A stretch of 64,000 bases of DNA, taken from Pristiophorus japonicus (lineage: Eukaryota). Positions 26,501-38,214 of this stretch are shown one piece after another. The stretch spans positions 23,746,001 through 23,810,000 of the forward strand of contig NC_091982.1 in the NCBI RefSeq assembly GCF_044704955.1, in the 5' to 3' direction. The translations under genes were made by a program, and so were the position numbers. The notes under the pieces were generated by a model. The model had not been told where the DNA came from and made no database searches. It worked only from the letters and a program-made list of their open reading frames with translations. Within the stretch, counting starts at the first letter, position 1; each line of letters begins with the position of its first letter.

Positions 26501-27098
26501 AACTGGACCAGCCACATTCTGTGGTAAGTGTCTCACCTCCTGACTCCCCAAAGCCTTTCCACCATCTACAACGTGCAAGTGTGTTGGAATAATCTCCACT
26601 TGCCTGGATGAGTGCAGTTCCAACAACACTGAAGAAGTTCAACACCATCCAGGACAAAGCATCCAGCTTGAATAGCACCCCATCCATCACCTTAAACATT
26701 CACTCCCTCCACCACCGGCACACCGTGGTTGCAGTGTGTACCATCTACAAGATGCACTGCAGCAACTCACCAAGTTTCTTTGGCAGCACCTCCCAAACCT
26801 GCAACCTCTACCACCTCGAAGGACAAGGGCAGCAGGCACATGGGAACACTATGACCTGCAAGTTCCCCTCCAAGTTACACACCATCCTGACTTGAAAATA
26901 TATCGCCGTTCCTTCATCGCCGCTGGGTCAAAATGCTGGTACTCCTTCCCTAACAGCACTGTGGGAGTTCCTTCACCACAAGAACTGCAGCAGTACAAGG
27001 CGGTGGCTTACCACCACCTTCTCGAGGGTAATTAGGGATTGGCAATAAATGCTGGCCTTGCCAGCGACGCCCATATCCTGAAACACATGAAAAAAAAA
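23508..27098 (+). mobile_element. CR1-group LINE 'family B' (L2/Crack-like; clade uncertain), degenerate EN-RT
   Basis: EN motifs DFN and SDH; RT motifs VDIKVAFDRVWYQG, GVPQG, FADD; 3' end GGCAATAAATGCTGGCCTTGCCAGCGACGCCC plus an A-rich tail; interrupted by CR1 24766-25670. Confidence 0.9.
24766..25670 (+). mobile_element. CR1 3' fragment nested in LINE family B
   Basis: ORFs 24842-25294 and 25304-25576 (HLEYCVQFWSP, FFSQRIVNLWNSLP); TTCTTAT tail; host LINE resumes at about 25671. Confidence 0.93.
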
Positions 27099-27924
27099 TA
27101 GTGGCAGAGACTCGCTGATGGAGTTATGGAATTTAATGGATAATAGCGAGTCTCCACATTTTGATCTTAAACAAGTGGTGCAGTAATACTCAATGCACAG
27201 GAATAAGACAAATAGAATTAAGACACAAGAGCTTATATTTTCTGCTGCTGTCTGTCATTGTAGCACTGTAAAGCATGGGAGTGCCATCCCTCTGGAATCC
27301 TGTCCATTTTGCATCACATTTCAGGAGTTGGGGACTAGCTACCTATGAAATGCTTGCCTCAAACATTTGAATTCATTATTCAGCAGAGGATAGGCATGAC
27401 TTGCATGCATTATCTGATTTCTGGGCACAGAGGGCATAATTGCTAAAGGAGGCCAGTATGAAATGGCCATCTAACGTTGGTGGAGAATCAGCTGTACTGA
27501 TATCTGATTAAAGGGTGCAAGTGCATTTGATGAAACTGCAATATTTTAATCTTTTTTAAAAACTTGTTTTGTTCCTTTTGTTTTCTGCGGGTCCTGAGCC
27601 TATGTGTCAATTATTTACATTTTCTTTTATCTCAGCACTATTACTGGCACCAATGGGAATCCTTCTATCTGAGGTATTTGGAAAGATAAATGTACATACT
27701 GATGGATACCAAGCAGGTTACACTGCATGAAAGATGCTCAATGTCTCCTGATCAGGCCCCTCAGACCCACATCTGTAGGCAGAGGTGGCCAGCTTTCAAT
27801 TTTATAGCCCATTAATGCATGCGAAGGCTCTTCCCAAAGAAAACTGGGATGCTAGATTTGGTGATGCCAGGTAAAATACATGAATGCTTGACTAATGATG
27901 GTGTTGATGCTTCTTCACCCTTTC

Positions 27925-28768
27925 TTACATAGGATTACATTACATAGGATATACCGCACAGAAACAGGCCATTCGGCCCAAACATTCATGCCGCCGTTTA
28001 TGTTCCACTCGAGCCTCCTCCAAATCTATCAGCAAAACCCTCTATTCCCTTCTCCCTCATATGCTTCTCTCACCTCCCCTTAGATGCAGCTATACTATTT
28101 GCTTCAACCACTCTCTGTGATAGCGAGTTCCACATTCTCACCACTCTTTGAGTAATGATGTTTCTTCTGAATTCCCTATTGGATTTCTTGGTGACAATCT
28201 TATATTGATGGCCTCTAGTTATGCTCTTCACAGTGGAAACATTCTCTCTGTATCCACTCTGTCAAAATCTTTCATAATTTTAAAGACCTCTATTAAGTCA
28301 CCCCTCAGCCTTGTTTTTCAAGAGAAAAGAGGCCCAACCTGTTCATCCTTTCCTGATATGTATATCCTCGCATTTCTGGTATCATCCATGAAAATCTTCG
28401 CTGCACCCTCTCCAGTGCCTCCATATCCTTTTTATAATATGGTGGCCAGAACTATACGCAATACTCTAAGTGTGGTCTAACCAAGGTTCAATACAGGTTT
28501 AGCATAACTTCCCTACTTTTCTATTCTATACCTCGAGAAATAAACCCTAGTGCTTGGTTTGCTTATTTGCGGCCTTGCTAACCTGTATCGCCACTTTTAG
28601 TGATTTGTGTATTTGTACTCCGAGATTCCTTTGTTCCTCCACCCCACCTAGTGTTGCACCCTCCAAGTAATGTGACCTCCCATTCTTCCTACCAAAATAT
28701 AATACCTCGCATTTATTTGTGTTGAATGTCATTTGCTAATTATATGCCCATTCTACAAGTTTATTAAT
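27925..28768 (-). mobile_element. CR1 3' fragment, older subfamily
   Basis: Tail repeats TTACATAGGA, GGCCATTCGGCCC hairpin, C-terminal ORF2 peptides (FNTNKCEVLYFG). Confidence 0.85.
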
Positions 28769-28971
28769 AAATCTGAGTCTTTCTTTGTTTCTTTCAATCA
28801 TAGTGTGCCTACTTTCAGTGGTACTGCAGGATGATCAACAGACAGTATACCATGATTGACTCCACCTGTATGATGCTAGCAACCATATCTGCAAGCACTA
28901 TTGTACTTACCTGACTATGACTATTGGAACTAACTTCACAGGTTCTGAGTCAGCAGAGATTTAGTGAGTGT

Positions 28972-29100
28972 ACATAAAAACATAAGAAGTAGGCCATTTG
29001 GCCCTTTGAGTCTGCTCTGCCATTCAATATGGTCAGGGCTGATCTGATCTTGGCCTCAACTCAACTTCCCTGCCCGCCCCCCATAAACCTTGACTCCCAG
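28972..29100 (-). mobile_element. CR1 3' UTR/tail fragment
   Basis: CATAAAAACATAAGAAGTAGGCCATTTGGCCC, matching other CR1 ends in the window. Confidence 0.8.
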
Positions 29101-29601
29101 TAATAGTCTGCTGTGAGTTAAAAATATAAATTTGTCTCCATTTTCTTTGAGGCATGCTGCAATGTTAACTTCTGGGAATAGTGGCATGCAGGCCACCCTC
29201 CTTGCAACCCTCATGCAACACCTCACTTCAGCAAGCATGAAGAAAATATTTGAGTAATAAGCTGCTCCATTGTTTTCCTGCAGATTTTGGCCAGTGACTT
29301 TTTAATCCCTTCTCCTTTGGGTTTGGCAAAGGCTGCTAATGCCTGTTGAGCTATTCCAAAGGCACTCAGAATTCTTGATCCATGTTAAAAAATGCCCTTT
29401 AAGTGTTCCTTTCCTTTTACGTTTGACTTGCATACAATATTCCACTCCCACCGCTAGTGTGCTCCCTGCATCCATTCAAATTTGTATCTGAAGCTTTGTA
29501 AATGAGGCAATCTTAGAAATGTCATACCCACAGTAATCTATAGATAAGAATTGCTAAAAGTTTGTTAGCTATAGAAAACTAACTGCCTGATAAGAATCTC
29601 A

Positions 29602-31205
29602 GACAAAAACAGAAAATGGTTTAAAGTCATAGAAGGTCCCTCAACATCTAGAAACAAGACAGATTATAATTTCAAGCAGAAACCATTCCACAGAACTGGA
29701 AACGGAAAGTCAATGAATAAACTTGATAGGGTGACCAAAACTCCCCCTTTCGTTTTGATCAGTCCTACAAAGTGTTATGTATTGTCCAGGTACATTAAAG
29801 TATAAGTACAATGGTGCGCCACAGAGGGTGCTGTGGTGGGAGATCCGAAAGTACCTGCAGAACAGAGTATAAAAGGCTGCCCACCACACCTGAGAGGCAC
29901 TCTGGAATCAGACAATAAAGGACTAAGATCACAACAGTTATATCAACACCAGACCATGTGGAGTCAGTGATTTGTGTGCTACATACACCACATAGGCAAT
30001 GAGGACGCGGACAAACTCCATGCAACCATGGCTACTCTGGGCTAGCTAAAGGATTTTACTGTGGCAATGATTGGGAGGCCTTTACGGAAAGGCTCGAGTA
30101 CTACTTCACAGCAAACGACCTGACGGGGCACACGGACGCACTGAGAGAGAATCGTAAGGCGATATTGCTTTCCAATTGTGGCGATGAGGTTTACTGTCTC
30201 GTCAGGGATTTGCTGGCACCCGCGAGCGCCAGGGACAAGTCATATGAGGAGCTGGTCACACTTATTCGTGACCATTTGAAACCAAAGGAGAGCATCCTCA
30301 CGGCCAAATACAAATTCTACAATCACTGCAGACCTGAGGGCCAGGATGTCACCAAATATGCTGCGGACCTCAGGAGACTCGCGGCGCCGTGTGATTTTGG
30401 CGCACACCTTGACGAGGCATTGCGGGATGTTTTTGTTATGGGTATTGACCATGAGGGCCTCCTTCACAAGCTGCTAGCCACGGAACCCACAGTCATCCTG
30501 ACAAAAGCCATCACCATCAGCCGGGCATATATGACCTTGACTTGCAGCACCAAGCAAATGATCCACACAGTCTCGAACCCGGCAGGCACTGTCCACAGGA
30601 TAGCGCCCACCATGGACAAAACTGCAGAACGTGGCTCTGCCCGGGGCAGAGAGCACGGACCTCGGGGTCCTGGAACTCTGACTCCGCTGAGGGGGGGCCA
30701 ATCAAGCAGCACCATGCTGGCGCTGCGGAGGAAGCCATGGGGCTCACCGGTGCAGGTTTGCGGAGTATACGTGCAATACCTGCCACCTGAAGGGCCACCT
30801 TCAGCGTATGTGTAAAAGAAATCTGACTCAACGTGTGGCTGAGGAGATGGTGGATGATCCACTGTTCAGCGAGGAGCAGGCAGAAGAAGATGAGGTGTTG
30901 GGACCGTACACGTGTACCGACAATTCGCCCCCAGTGATAAATGGAAGTAAAAATTGACAGAGTCCCAGTGAGTATGGCAGTGGATACGGGATCGGGTCAG
31001 TCATTGATGAGTCAGAGAACTTTCGAGAAACTGTGCGTCAACCCAGCTGCACGACCCAAGTTGGTCCAGGTCAGAGCAAAGCTACACCAAGAAACTGATA
31101 TCTGTTCTTGGCAGAGCGGATGTGCGACAAACACCACACAAAGGATCTTCCTTTTCCAGTTCTGATGAATAATTTCCACCCAAATGTTAACTTGACCTAC
31201 TCACC
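29602..31205. mobile_element. Penelope-like inverted-repeat relic split by element C
   Basis: Left arm 29602-29702 ends CAGAACTGGAAA; right arm from about 31152 reads TTTCCAGTTCTGATGA. Confidence 0.5.
29773..31138 (+). mobile_element. Gypsy (Mag-like) element C, internal deletion derivative
   Basis: 5' LTR 29773-29992 (TG...CA, TATAAAA, AATAAA); decayed PBS; gag ORF 30165-30815; protease AVDTGS; last ~18 nt of the 3' LTR; TSD CAAAG (29768-29772 / 31139-31143). Confidence 0.93.
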
Positions 31206-31223
31206 TATAACCTACTTACCCAT

Positions 31224-32220
31224 GTGATTGTTGGAGGCCAATTATCTCAGCCCCAGGACATCAAACGTTTCTGAGGGCAGTGTCCTAGGCCCAACCATCT
31301 TCAGCTGCTTTATCAATGACCTTCCTCCATCATAACATCAGAAGTGGGGATGTTTGTTGACGATTGCACAGTCTCCAGTTCCATTTGCAACACCTCAGAT
31401 AATGCAGCAGTCCAAGCCTGCATGCAGCAGGCAGCAAGATGTGGGCAACATTGGACTTGGGCTGATAAATGGAAAATAACCTTCGCACCAAACAGTGCCA
31501 GACAATGAACATCTCCAACAAGAGATAGTCTAACTACCTCCCCTTGACATTCAGTGGCATTACCATCATCAACTCCCCAACATCAACATCCTGACAGTCA
31601 TCATTGACCAGAAACTTAACTGGACCAGCCACAAATACTGTGGCAACAAGAGCAGGTCAGAAGCTGGGTATTCTGCAGCGAGTGTCTCGCCTCCTGACTC
31701 CCCAAAGCCTTTCCACCATCCACAAAGCACAAGTCAAGAGTGTGATGGATTACTCTCCACTTGCCTGGATGAGTGCAGCTCCAACAACACTTGAAGCTCA
31801 ACACCATCCAGGACAAACCAGCCCACTTCATTGGCACCCATCCACCACCTTAAACATTCACTCCCTCCACCACCGGCGTACCATCTACAAGACTACCATC
31901 TTCAACAGCACCTCCCAAAAGTCCCGCAAATTCTATCACCTGGAAGGCAAGGGCAGCAGGCGCATGGAAACAGCGCCACCTCGAAGTTCCCCTCCAAGTC
32001 ACACATCATCCTGACTTGGAAATATATCGCCATTCCTTCATCGTTGCTGGGTCAAAATCCTGGAACTCCCTCCCTAACAGCACTGGGGAGAACCTTCACC
32101 ACAGGGACTGCAGTGGTTCAAGAAGGCGATTCACCACCAGCTTCTCAAGGGCAATTAGGGATGGGCAATAAATGCTGACCTTGTCAGCGATGTCCACCTC
32201 CTGTGAATGATTACAAAAAG
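31224..32220 (+). mobile_element. LINE family B, 3' ~1 kb
   Basis: Homologous to 26085-27098, including the GGGCAATAAATGCTG 3' end. Confidence 0.9.
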
Positions 32221-32489
32221 ATTAATCAATGTGCTGTCATTTCTTGTTTATGTCCAAATCTGAAGAACCTCGTTTATTTTACATACCAAATTGACTCGTG
32301 AAATGATGACTTTCTTTGCCACATTCATTAAGCTACTGATGAAATCACTGAACATTAGATACACTGACTGCTACCTTATTAAAGTCAAATAAATTTTGTT
32401 TTTTTTTTAAATGTCTTTTCTAAAAAATTAATCAGAATTTAATTTTTCAGATTTTGTACATTTGTGAGTGCAATTTCCCAACAGCCCAG

Positions 32490-32890
32490 TTTTTCTCTAT
32501 ACCCTTTTCCTGAAGAAAATACAACCATCTTTCAGCACAGAGTCAATGGTCACATTCTGATAGCTTTGCTAAACTGGACATTTGTCACGTCTGAACTCAG
32601 TGAGTGAAGGCAGTCTATTTGATCATGAAAGGGCATCACGGCTGAACATGATCCTCTCCTCGCCCAGCACACCACAGGCACACTTTCCAGGATTGATCAC
32701 TGGATTGGGATCAGAAACGAGAACTTGCTTGTTTTTTCCCCAATCTCTCTCTAATGAATAAGTGCTGAAACCAGTTGGAACTGCCACGCCAGCTGAGATC
32801 AGTTAACGCAGCACAAACTAATACTGGAACCTTTACTATCTGTGCAGCTTAGCTGCTCCATTACTTAACTAGCTGGGCCATCAGGGGCAT
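32490..32890 (-). mobile_element. Old SINE (DeuSINE/SacSINE1-like)
   Basis: GGGCATCACGGCTGAAC and GCTGAGATCAGTTAAC blocks shared with 12995-13360. Confidence 0.5.
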
Positions 32891-34971
32891 TCGCTCGTGA
32901 CATTGTCAATAATACATTCCTGACTTAGTGACAACAGGTATTTAGGTATAGTTTTGCCTTTCTAATGCCACCACAGTGTCAAAATGCCTTGAAGTTTTAT
33001 TGCATTCAAATGGCTAATGTGGCAGCAACTTTACATCAACAAGGAAAATATTTTGTTCTGCTTATAGAGTTTAGATTTTGTGTTGCTAAATTTAAGATTG
33101 ATTTTAATGTCTGCTCAGAAAAGTAATCTTTCTTTAAACGTCACAAGCAATGCAAATTATACCCCATGTTGTCAGTGAACACGAGCAGGAAATACCAGGT
33201 TACAAGGCGTGCATGAATCACAGCTTGTACATGAAAGAAAATACCAAAGTTGGAGCAACTCTGATTGAATTATGTTTTCATTTGCATAATGAGATACAAT
33301 GGTGCTACTATTTCTTCTGCATTGGCAGCTATCCATAGTGTGGCACCCATCAACAATTTTATGCCGCTGGCTTATTTGAGACACACTTCGATGATCAAGC
33401 AAACATCAATCAATCTGCCATGACTTCAGTAAGCAAGGCTAGATGAAGCCCTGTAACAAAAATACAGAGTGGAGAGACCAACTGTATTTTAATCATGATT
33501 GGAGGAAGAATTATACTGTTTTCAAGGAACCCTAAGAATGTTTTTTTTTTCCGTAGGCCTTTGCTGGAATTCCAGCCTTTGAATTGTTCATCTTAAGCCT
33601 CTGTATTCTTCTTTCCCCCCTCATTCCCTCACCATTTGTGTCTTGCCTAATGTGAAGCAATGCCAAGTTAATAACTTCTACTGTGGGATGAAGGTCACCA
33701 TCACCATCTGTGTGTTCTGACTACTTTTGGGGATTTAAAGAACTAAGCTTTTAAAATGATTGCCTCCAGCCACTTTAAATATGATAAACTACAGGTAGAA
33801 AGAAGTGTTTCAGATAGACTCCCAGATGTTCCCCAGAGAGATATTGACAGAGTGACTAACTTCCATAGCAGGCCTGTAGGGCAAGATCATTTTCATTTCT
33901 TTGGCCCATAATTTTATATAACTGCATTTTTAGTTATTCGACAGGCTGCTTCCATCAGACAGTGGTTTTCACCGTTAAAGTGGCGAAAAAAAATACTGAG
34001 TTGCTGCAGCGTGTATTTACTGTGGGAAAAATCTGTGACATAACCACTGGCACTTCAGAACACGTCGTTCTTGAAGTCAATCTGTAATTCTCAGCAAATA
34101 TTATACATACTGACATTCCCCATCAAGGCAATCACAGAAATAACATTAACAAACGCTGGCAAAGCCCTAAAAAATTGATAACCTTGAACATTGACTTCTG
34201 AGATTTAAAAATGAGTTAGATTGAAAGTGCAGCATGATACAGGCTTGTCAGAATGTAACTGCACCAATGTTCGACATTCCATCACTTTTATTACAGAGGG
34301 AGAAAAAAATCTTAAAGTACATCAAAAACACAATTTGCAATGATTGATTCAGAAATTTCTGAAAGGGAATCTAAGTGCTAACGGCATAAGTGTGTTGATT
34401 GCACATTTGGGAATGCTCAGCAAGAAGCAGCATTTGGAAGAAGTTTGGAAAAGTCGACCCTGTGGTTTTCCAACTTGTATACCTTGCATTTTAGTTCTGC
34501 TCACCCAGTGGTCTGCCATGACCCCAGCTGATTGTCCGGTGTCAGGGTAATTGGCATTTTATTTTTGGTGAACTCCTGGTGGGATTCCTGCCTGAGCGAT
34601 GGAAAGTAGGTACACTGGGCTTCAGAGGCCTATTGTAGTGTAGACTGGCTGAGGCCTCAGTGCTTGCTCAAAAAAACACGTTGGCACAGCTTGTTTATTT
34701 TTAAATCTTCTCCCCAGCACCAAGTCAATACAGTTGATAGGACCATATATGTAGTAGGTCCTGTACTGCTGGCAGGACAGACCCATCAGAGGCAGGGAAC
34801 CAGTGGTGTACAGTCAGGACAGAGTGGAACTGAGAATCCTCAACATTGATTCTGAACTCAATGAAGTTTCATGGCACCAGGTGAAACATAGACAAGAAAA
34901 TCTCCTGCTCATTACCATTTACTGCCCTCCCTCAGCTGATGAATCAGTGATCCTCCATGTTGAACATCACT

Positions 34972-36201
34972 TGGACAAGGGAGAACCAGTTGATGTGGTG
35001 TATTTGGACTTTCAGAAGGCTTTCGACAAGGTCCCACACAAGAGATTAATGTGCAAAGTTAAAGCACATGGGATTGGGGGTAGCGTGCTGACGTGGATTG
35101 AGAACTGGTTGGCAGACAGGAAGCAAAGAGTAGGAGTAAATGGGTACTTTTCAGAATGGCAGGCAGTGACTAGTGGGGTACCGCAAGGTTCTGTGCTGGG
35201 GCCCCAGCTGTTTACATTGTACATTAATGATTTAGACGAGGGGATTAAATGTAGTGTCTCCAAATTTGCGGATGACACGAAGTTGGGTGGCAGTGTGAGC
35301 TGCGAGGAGGATGCTATGAGGCTGCAGAGTGACTTGGATAGGTTAGGTAAGTGAGCAAATGCATGGCAGATGAAGTATAACGTGGATAAATGTGAGGTTA
35401 TCCACTTTGGTGGTAAAAACAGAGACAGACTATTATCTGAATGGTGACAGATTAGGAAAAGGGGAGGTGCAACGAGACCTGGGTGTCATGGTACATCAGT
35501 CATTGAAGGTTGGCATGCAGGTACAGCAGGTGGTTAAGAAAGCAAATGGCATGTTGGCCTTCATAGCGAGGGGATTTGAGTACAGGGGCAGGGAGGTGTT
35601 ACTACAGTTGTACAGGGCCTTGGTGAGGCCACACCTGGAGTATTGTGTACAGTTTTGGTCTCCTAACCTGAGGAAGGACATTCTTGCTATTGAGGGAGTG
35701 CAGCGAGGGTTCACCAGACTGATTCCCGGGATGGCGGGACTGACCTATCAAGAAAGACTGGATCAACTGGGCTTGTATTCACTAGAGTTCAGAAGAATGA
35801 GAGGGGATCTCATAGAAACGTTTAAAATTTCCGACGGGTTTAGACAGGTTAGATGCAGAAAGAATGTTCCCAATGTTGGGGAAGTCCAGAACCAGGGGTC
35901 ACAGTCTAAGGATAAGGGGTAAGCCATTTAGGACCGAGATGAGGAGGAACTTCTTCACCCAGAGAGTGGTGAACCTGTGGAATTCTCTACCACAGAAAGT
36001 TGTTGAGGCTAATTCACTAAATATATTCAAAAAGGAGTTAGATGTAGTCCTTACTACTAGGGGGATCAAGGGGTATGGCGAGAAAGCAGGAATGGGGTAC
36101 TGGAATTGCATATTCAGCCATGAACTCATTGAATGGCGGTGCAGGCTAGGAGGGCCAAATGGCCTACTCCTGCACCTATTTTTCTATGATTATTCTTCTA
36201 T
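34972..36201 (+). mobile_element. CR1 3' fragment (nested, well preserved)
   Basis: [23 protein letters not shown] and FADD in ORF 34803-35354; TTTCTATG tail. Confidence 0.95.
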
Positions 36202-36671
36202 GAAACACTGAGAGCACAGAATGTACTCTGGGTGGGAGACTTCAATATCCATCACCAAGAATGGCTCGGTAATACCACCGCTGGCCAAGTCATGAAGGAC
36301 ATAGCTGCCAGACTGGGATGGTGATATATGCTGAGAGAACCAACATGAGGGAAAACCTACTTGACCTCATCCTCACCAATCTACCTGTCGCAGGCGCATC
36401 TGTCCATGACAGTATTGATAGGAGTGACCACCACAGAGTTCTTGTGGAGATGAATTCTGATACTGAGGACACCCTCCATTGTGTTAAATGGGATAGATTC
36501 AAAACAGATCTAACAGCTCAACTGGGCATCCAGGAGGCACTGTGGGCCATCAGCAGCAGTCGAATTGTATTCCACCACAATCTGTAACCTCATGGCCCGG
36601 CATAAAATTACCACCAAGCCAGGCAACCAACCTGGGTTCAATGAGGAATTTAGAAGAGCATGCCAGTAGCA

Positions 36672-36943
36672 GGACCGAGATGCGGAGGAACTTCTTAACC
36701 CAGAGAGTGGTGAACCCGTGGAATTCTCTACCACAGAAAGTTGTTGAGGCCAATTCACTAAATATATTCAAAAAGGAGTTAGATGAGGTCCTTACTACTA
36801 CGGCCATCAAGGGGTATGGCGAGAAAGCAGGAATGGGGTACTGAAGTTGAATGTTCAGCCATGAACTCATTGAATGGCGGTGCAGGCTAGAAGGGCCGAA
36901 TGGCCTACTCCTGCACCTATTTTCTATGTTTCTATGTTTCTAT
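36672..36943 (+). mobile_element. CR1 short 3' fragment (nested)
   Basis: RTEMRRNF...GYGEKAGMGY, then the 3' UTR and (TTTCTATG)3. Confidence 0.93.
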
Positions 36944-36990
36944 GAACCTGAAAACAAAGTGCCAACCTGGTGAAGCTACAACACAGAACC

Positions 36991-37880
36991 CATCATCATA
37001 TCATCATCATCATAGGCAGTCCCTCGAATCGAGGATGACTTGCTCCCACGTCAAAAAGTTCACAGGTGTTTCAATGATGGACCTAAAATTCCAGGTCCGA
37101 ACTAAATCTTGAAGGGTGGAAGATGCCTATGCTTGGATTTTTTTAACGTGTGGTGACTGTTGCACACTAGCCACCATACGGGCTTGACAGAGTTAGGTCT
37201 TGGTCCAGTAGCAAGGATTAACCAAGACAATTGGAGACCAGCACTGCTGCATGGACCTAGTGCGCACACATAGATAGAAACATTTAGTGAATTGGCTTCA
37301 ACAACTTTCTGTGGTAGAGAATTCCACAGGTTCACCACTCTCTGGGTGAAGAAGTTTCTCCTCATCTCGGTCCTAAATGGCTTACCCCTTATCCTTAGAC
37401 TGTGACCCCTGGTTCTGGACTTCTCCAACATTGGGAACATTCTTCCTGCATCTAACCTGTCTAAACCCGTCAGAATTTTAAACGTTTCTATGAGATCCCC
37501 TCTCATTCTTCTGAACACCAGTGAATATAAGCCCAGTTGATCCAGTCTTTCTTGATATGTCAGTCCCGCCATCCCGGGAATCAGTCTGGTGAACCCTCGC
37601 TGCATCCCTCAATAGCAAGAATGTCCTTCCTCAAGTTAGGAGACCAAAACTGTATACAATACTCCAGTTGTGGCCTCACCAAGGCCCTGTCCAACTGTAG
37701 TAACACCTCCCTGCCCCTGTACTCAAATCCCCTCGCTATGATTTTTACTGGGGAGTCCTCTAAATAGCTTTAGTTCTATCAAATATTGAACTACATTCAT
37801 TGCTTATTCGAATCATTGAACTATAACTTCGTACAGTAAAAATCGCAGTGTGGGCGGGCCCGTGCTACCCCTGGGCCAGC
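36991..37880 (-). mobile_element. Bipartite RTE-derived non-autonomous retroelement, interrupted at 37272-37844
   Basis: (CAT)n-AGGCAGTCCCTCG tail as at RTE 38215; 37108-37212 matches the RTE 5' UTR at 42857-42960; no ORF between them. Confidence 0.8.
37272..37740 (-). mobile_element. CR1 3' fragment with deleted 3' UTR (nested)
   Basis: ORF 37102-37605 (LGLYSLVFRRMRGD...NLWNSLPQKVVEA) runs straight into a GTTTCTAT tail unit. Confidence 0.92.
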
Positions 37881-38214
37881 AGGAGCAGCATACTATAGTT
37901 AGAACTGAGCGATCCCACAATCAACAGATCAGATCAAAGCTGTGCAGTTTTGCAACATCCAGTCATGAATGGTGGTGGACAATTAAACAACAAATGGGAG
38001 GAGGTGTCTCCATGTGAATCCCTATCCTTAATGGTGACAGAGCCCAGGACGAGAGTGCAAAAGACAAGGCTAATGCATTCACAACCATCTTCAAATGTGC
38101 CAAATAGATGGTCCATCTGAGCCTCCTCCTGAGGTCCCCACCATCACAAATGTCAATCTTCAGCCAATTCGATTCACTCCACTTGATATCAAGAAATGAC
38201 TGAGTGCACTGGAT

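Noticed and set aside
31155-31195. Functional hammerhead ribozyme
   Set aside because: CTGATGA is present but stem II and the GAAA box are not intact.
34803-35354. Novel EN-RT fusion protein ORF
   Set aside because: Chance in-frame junction between a family-B endonuclease piece and an inserted CR1 RT fragment; it ends at a premature stop.
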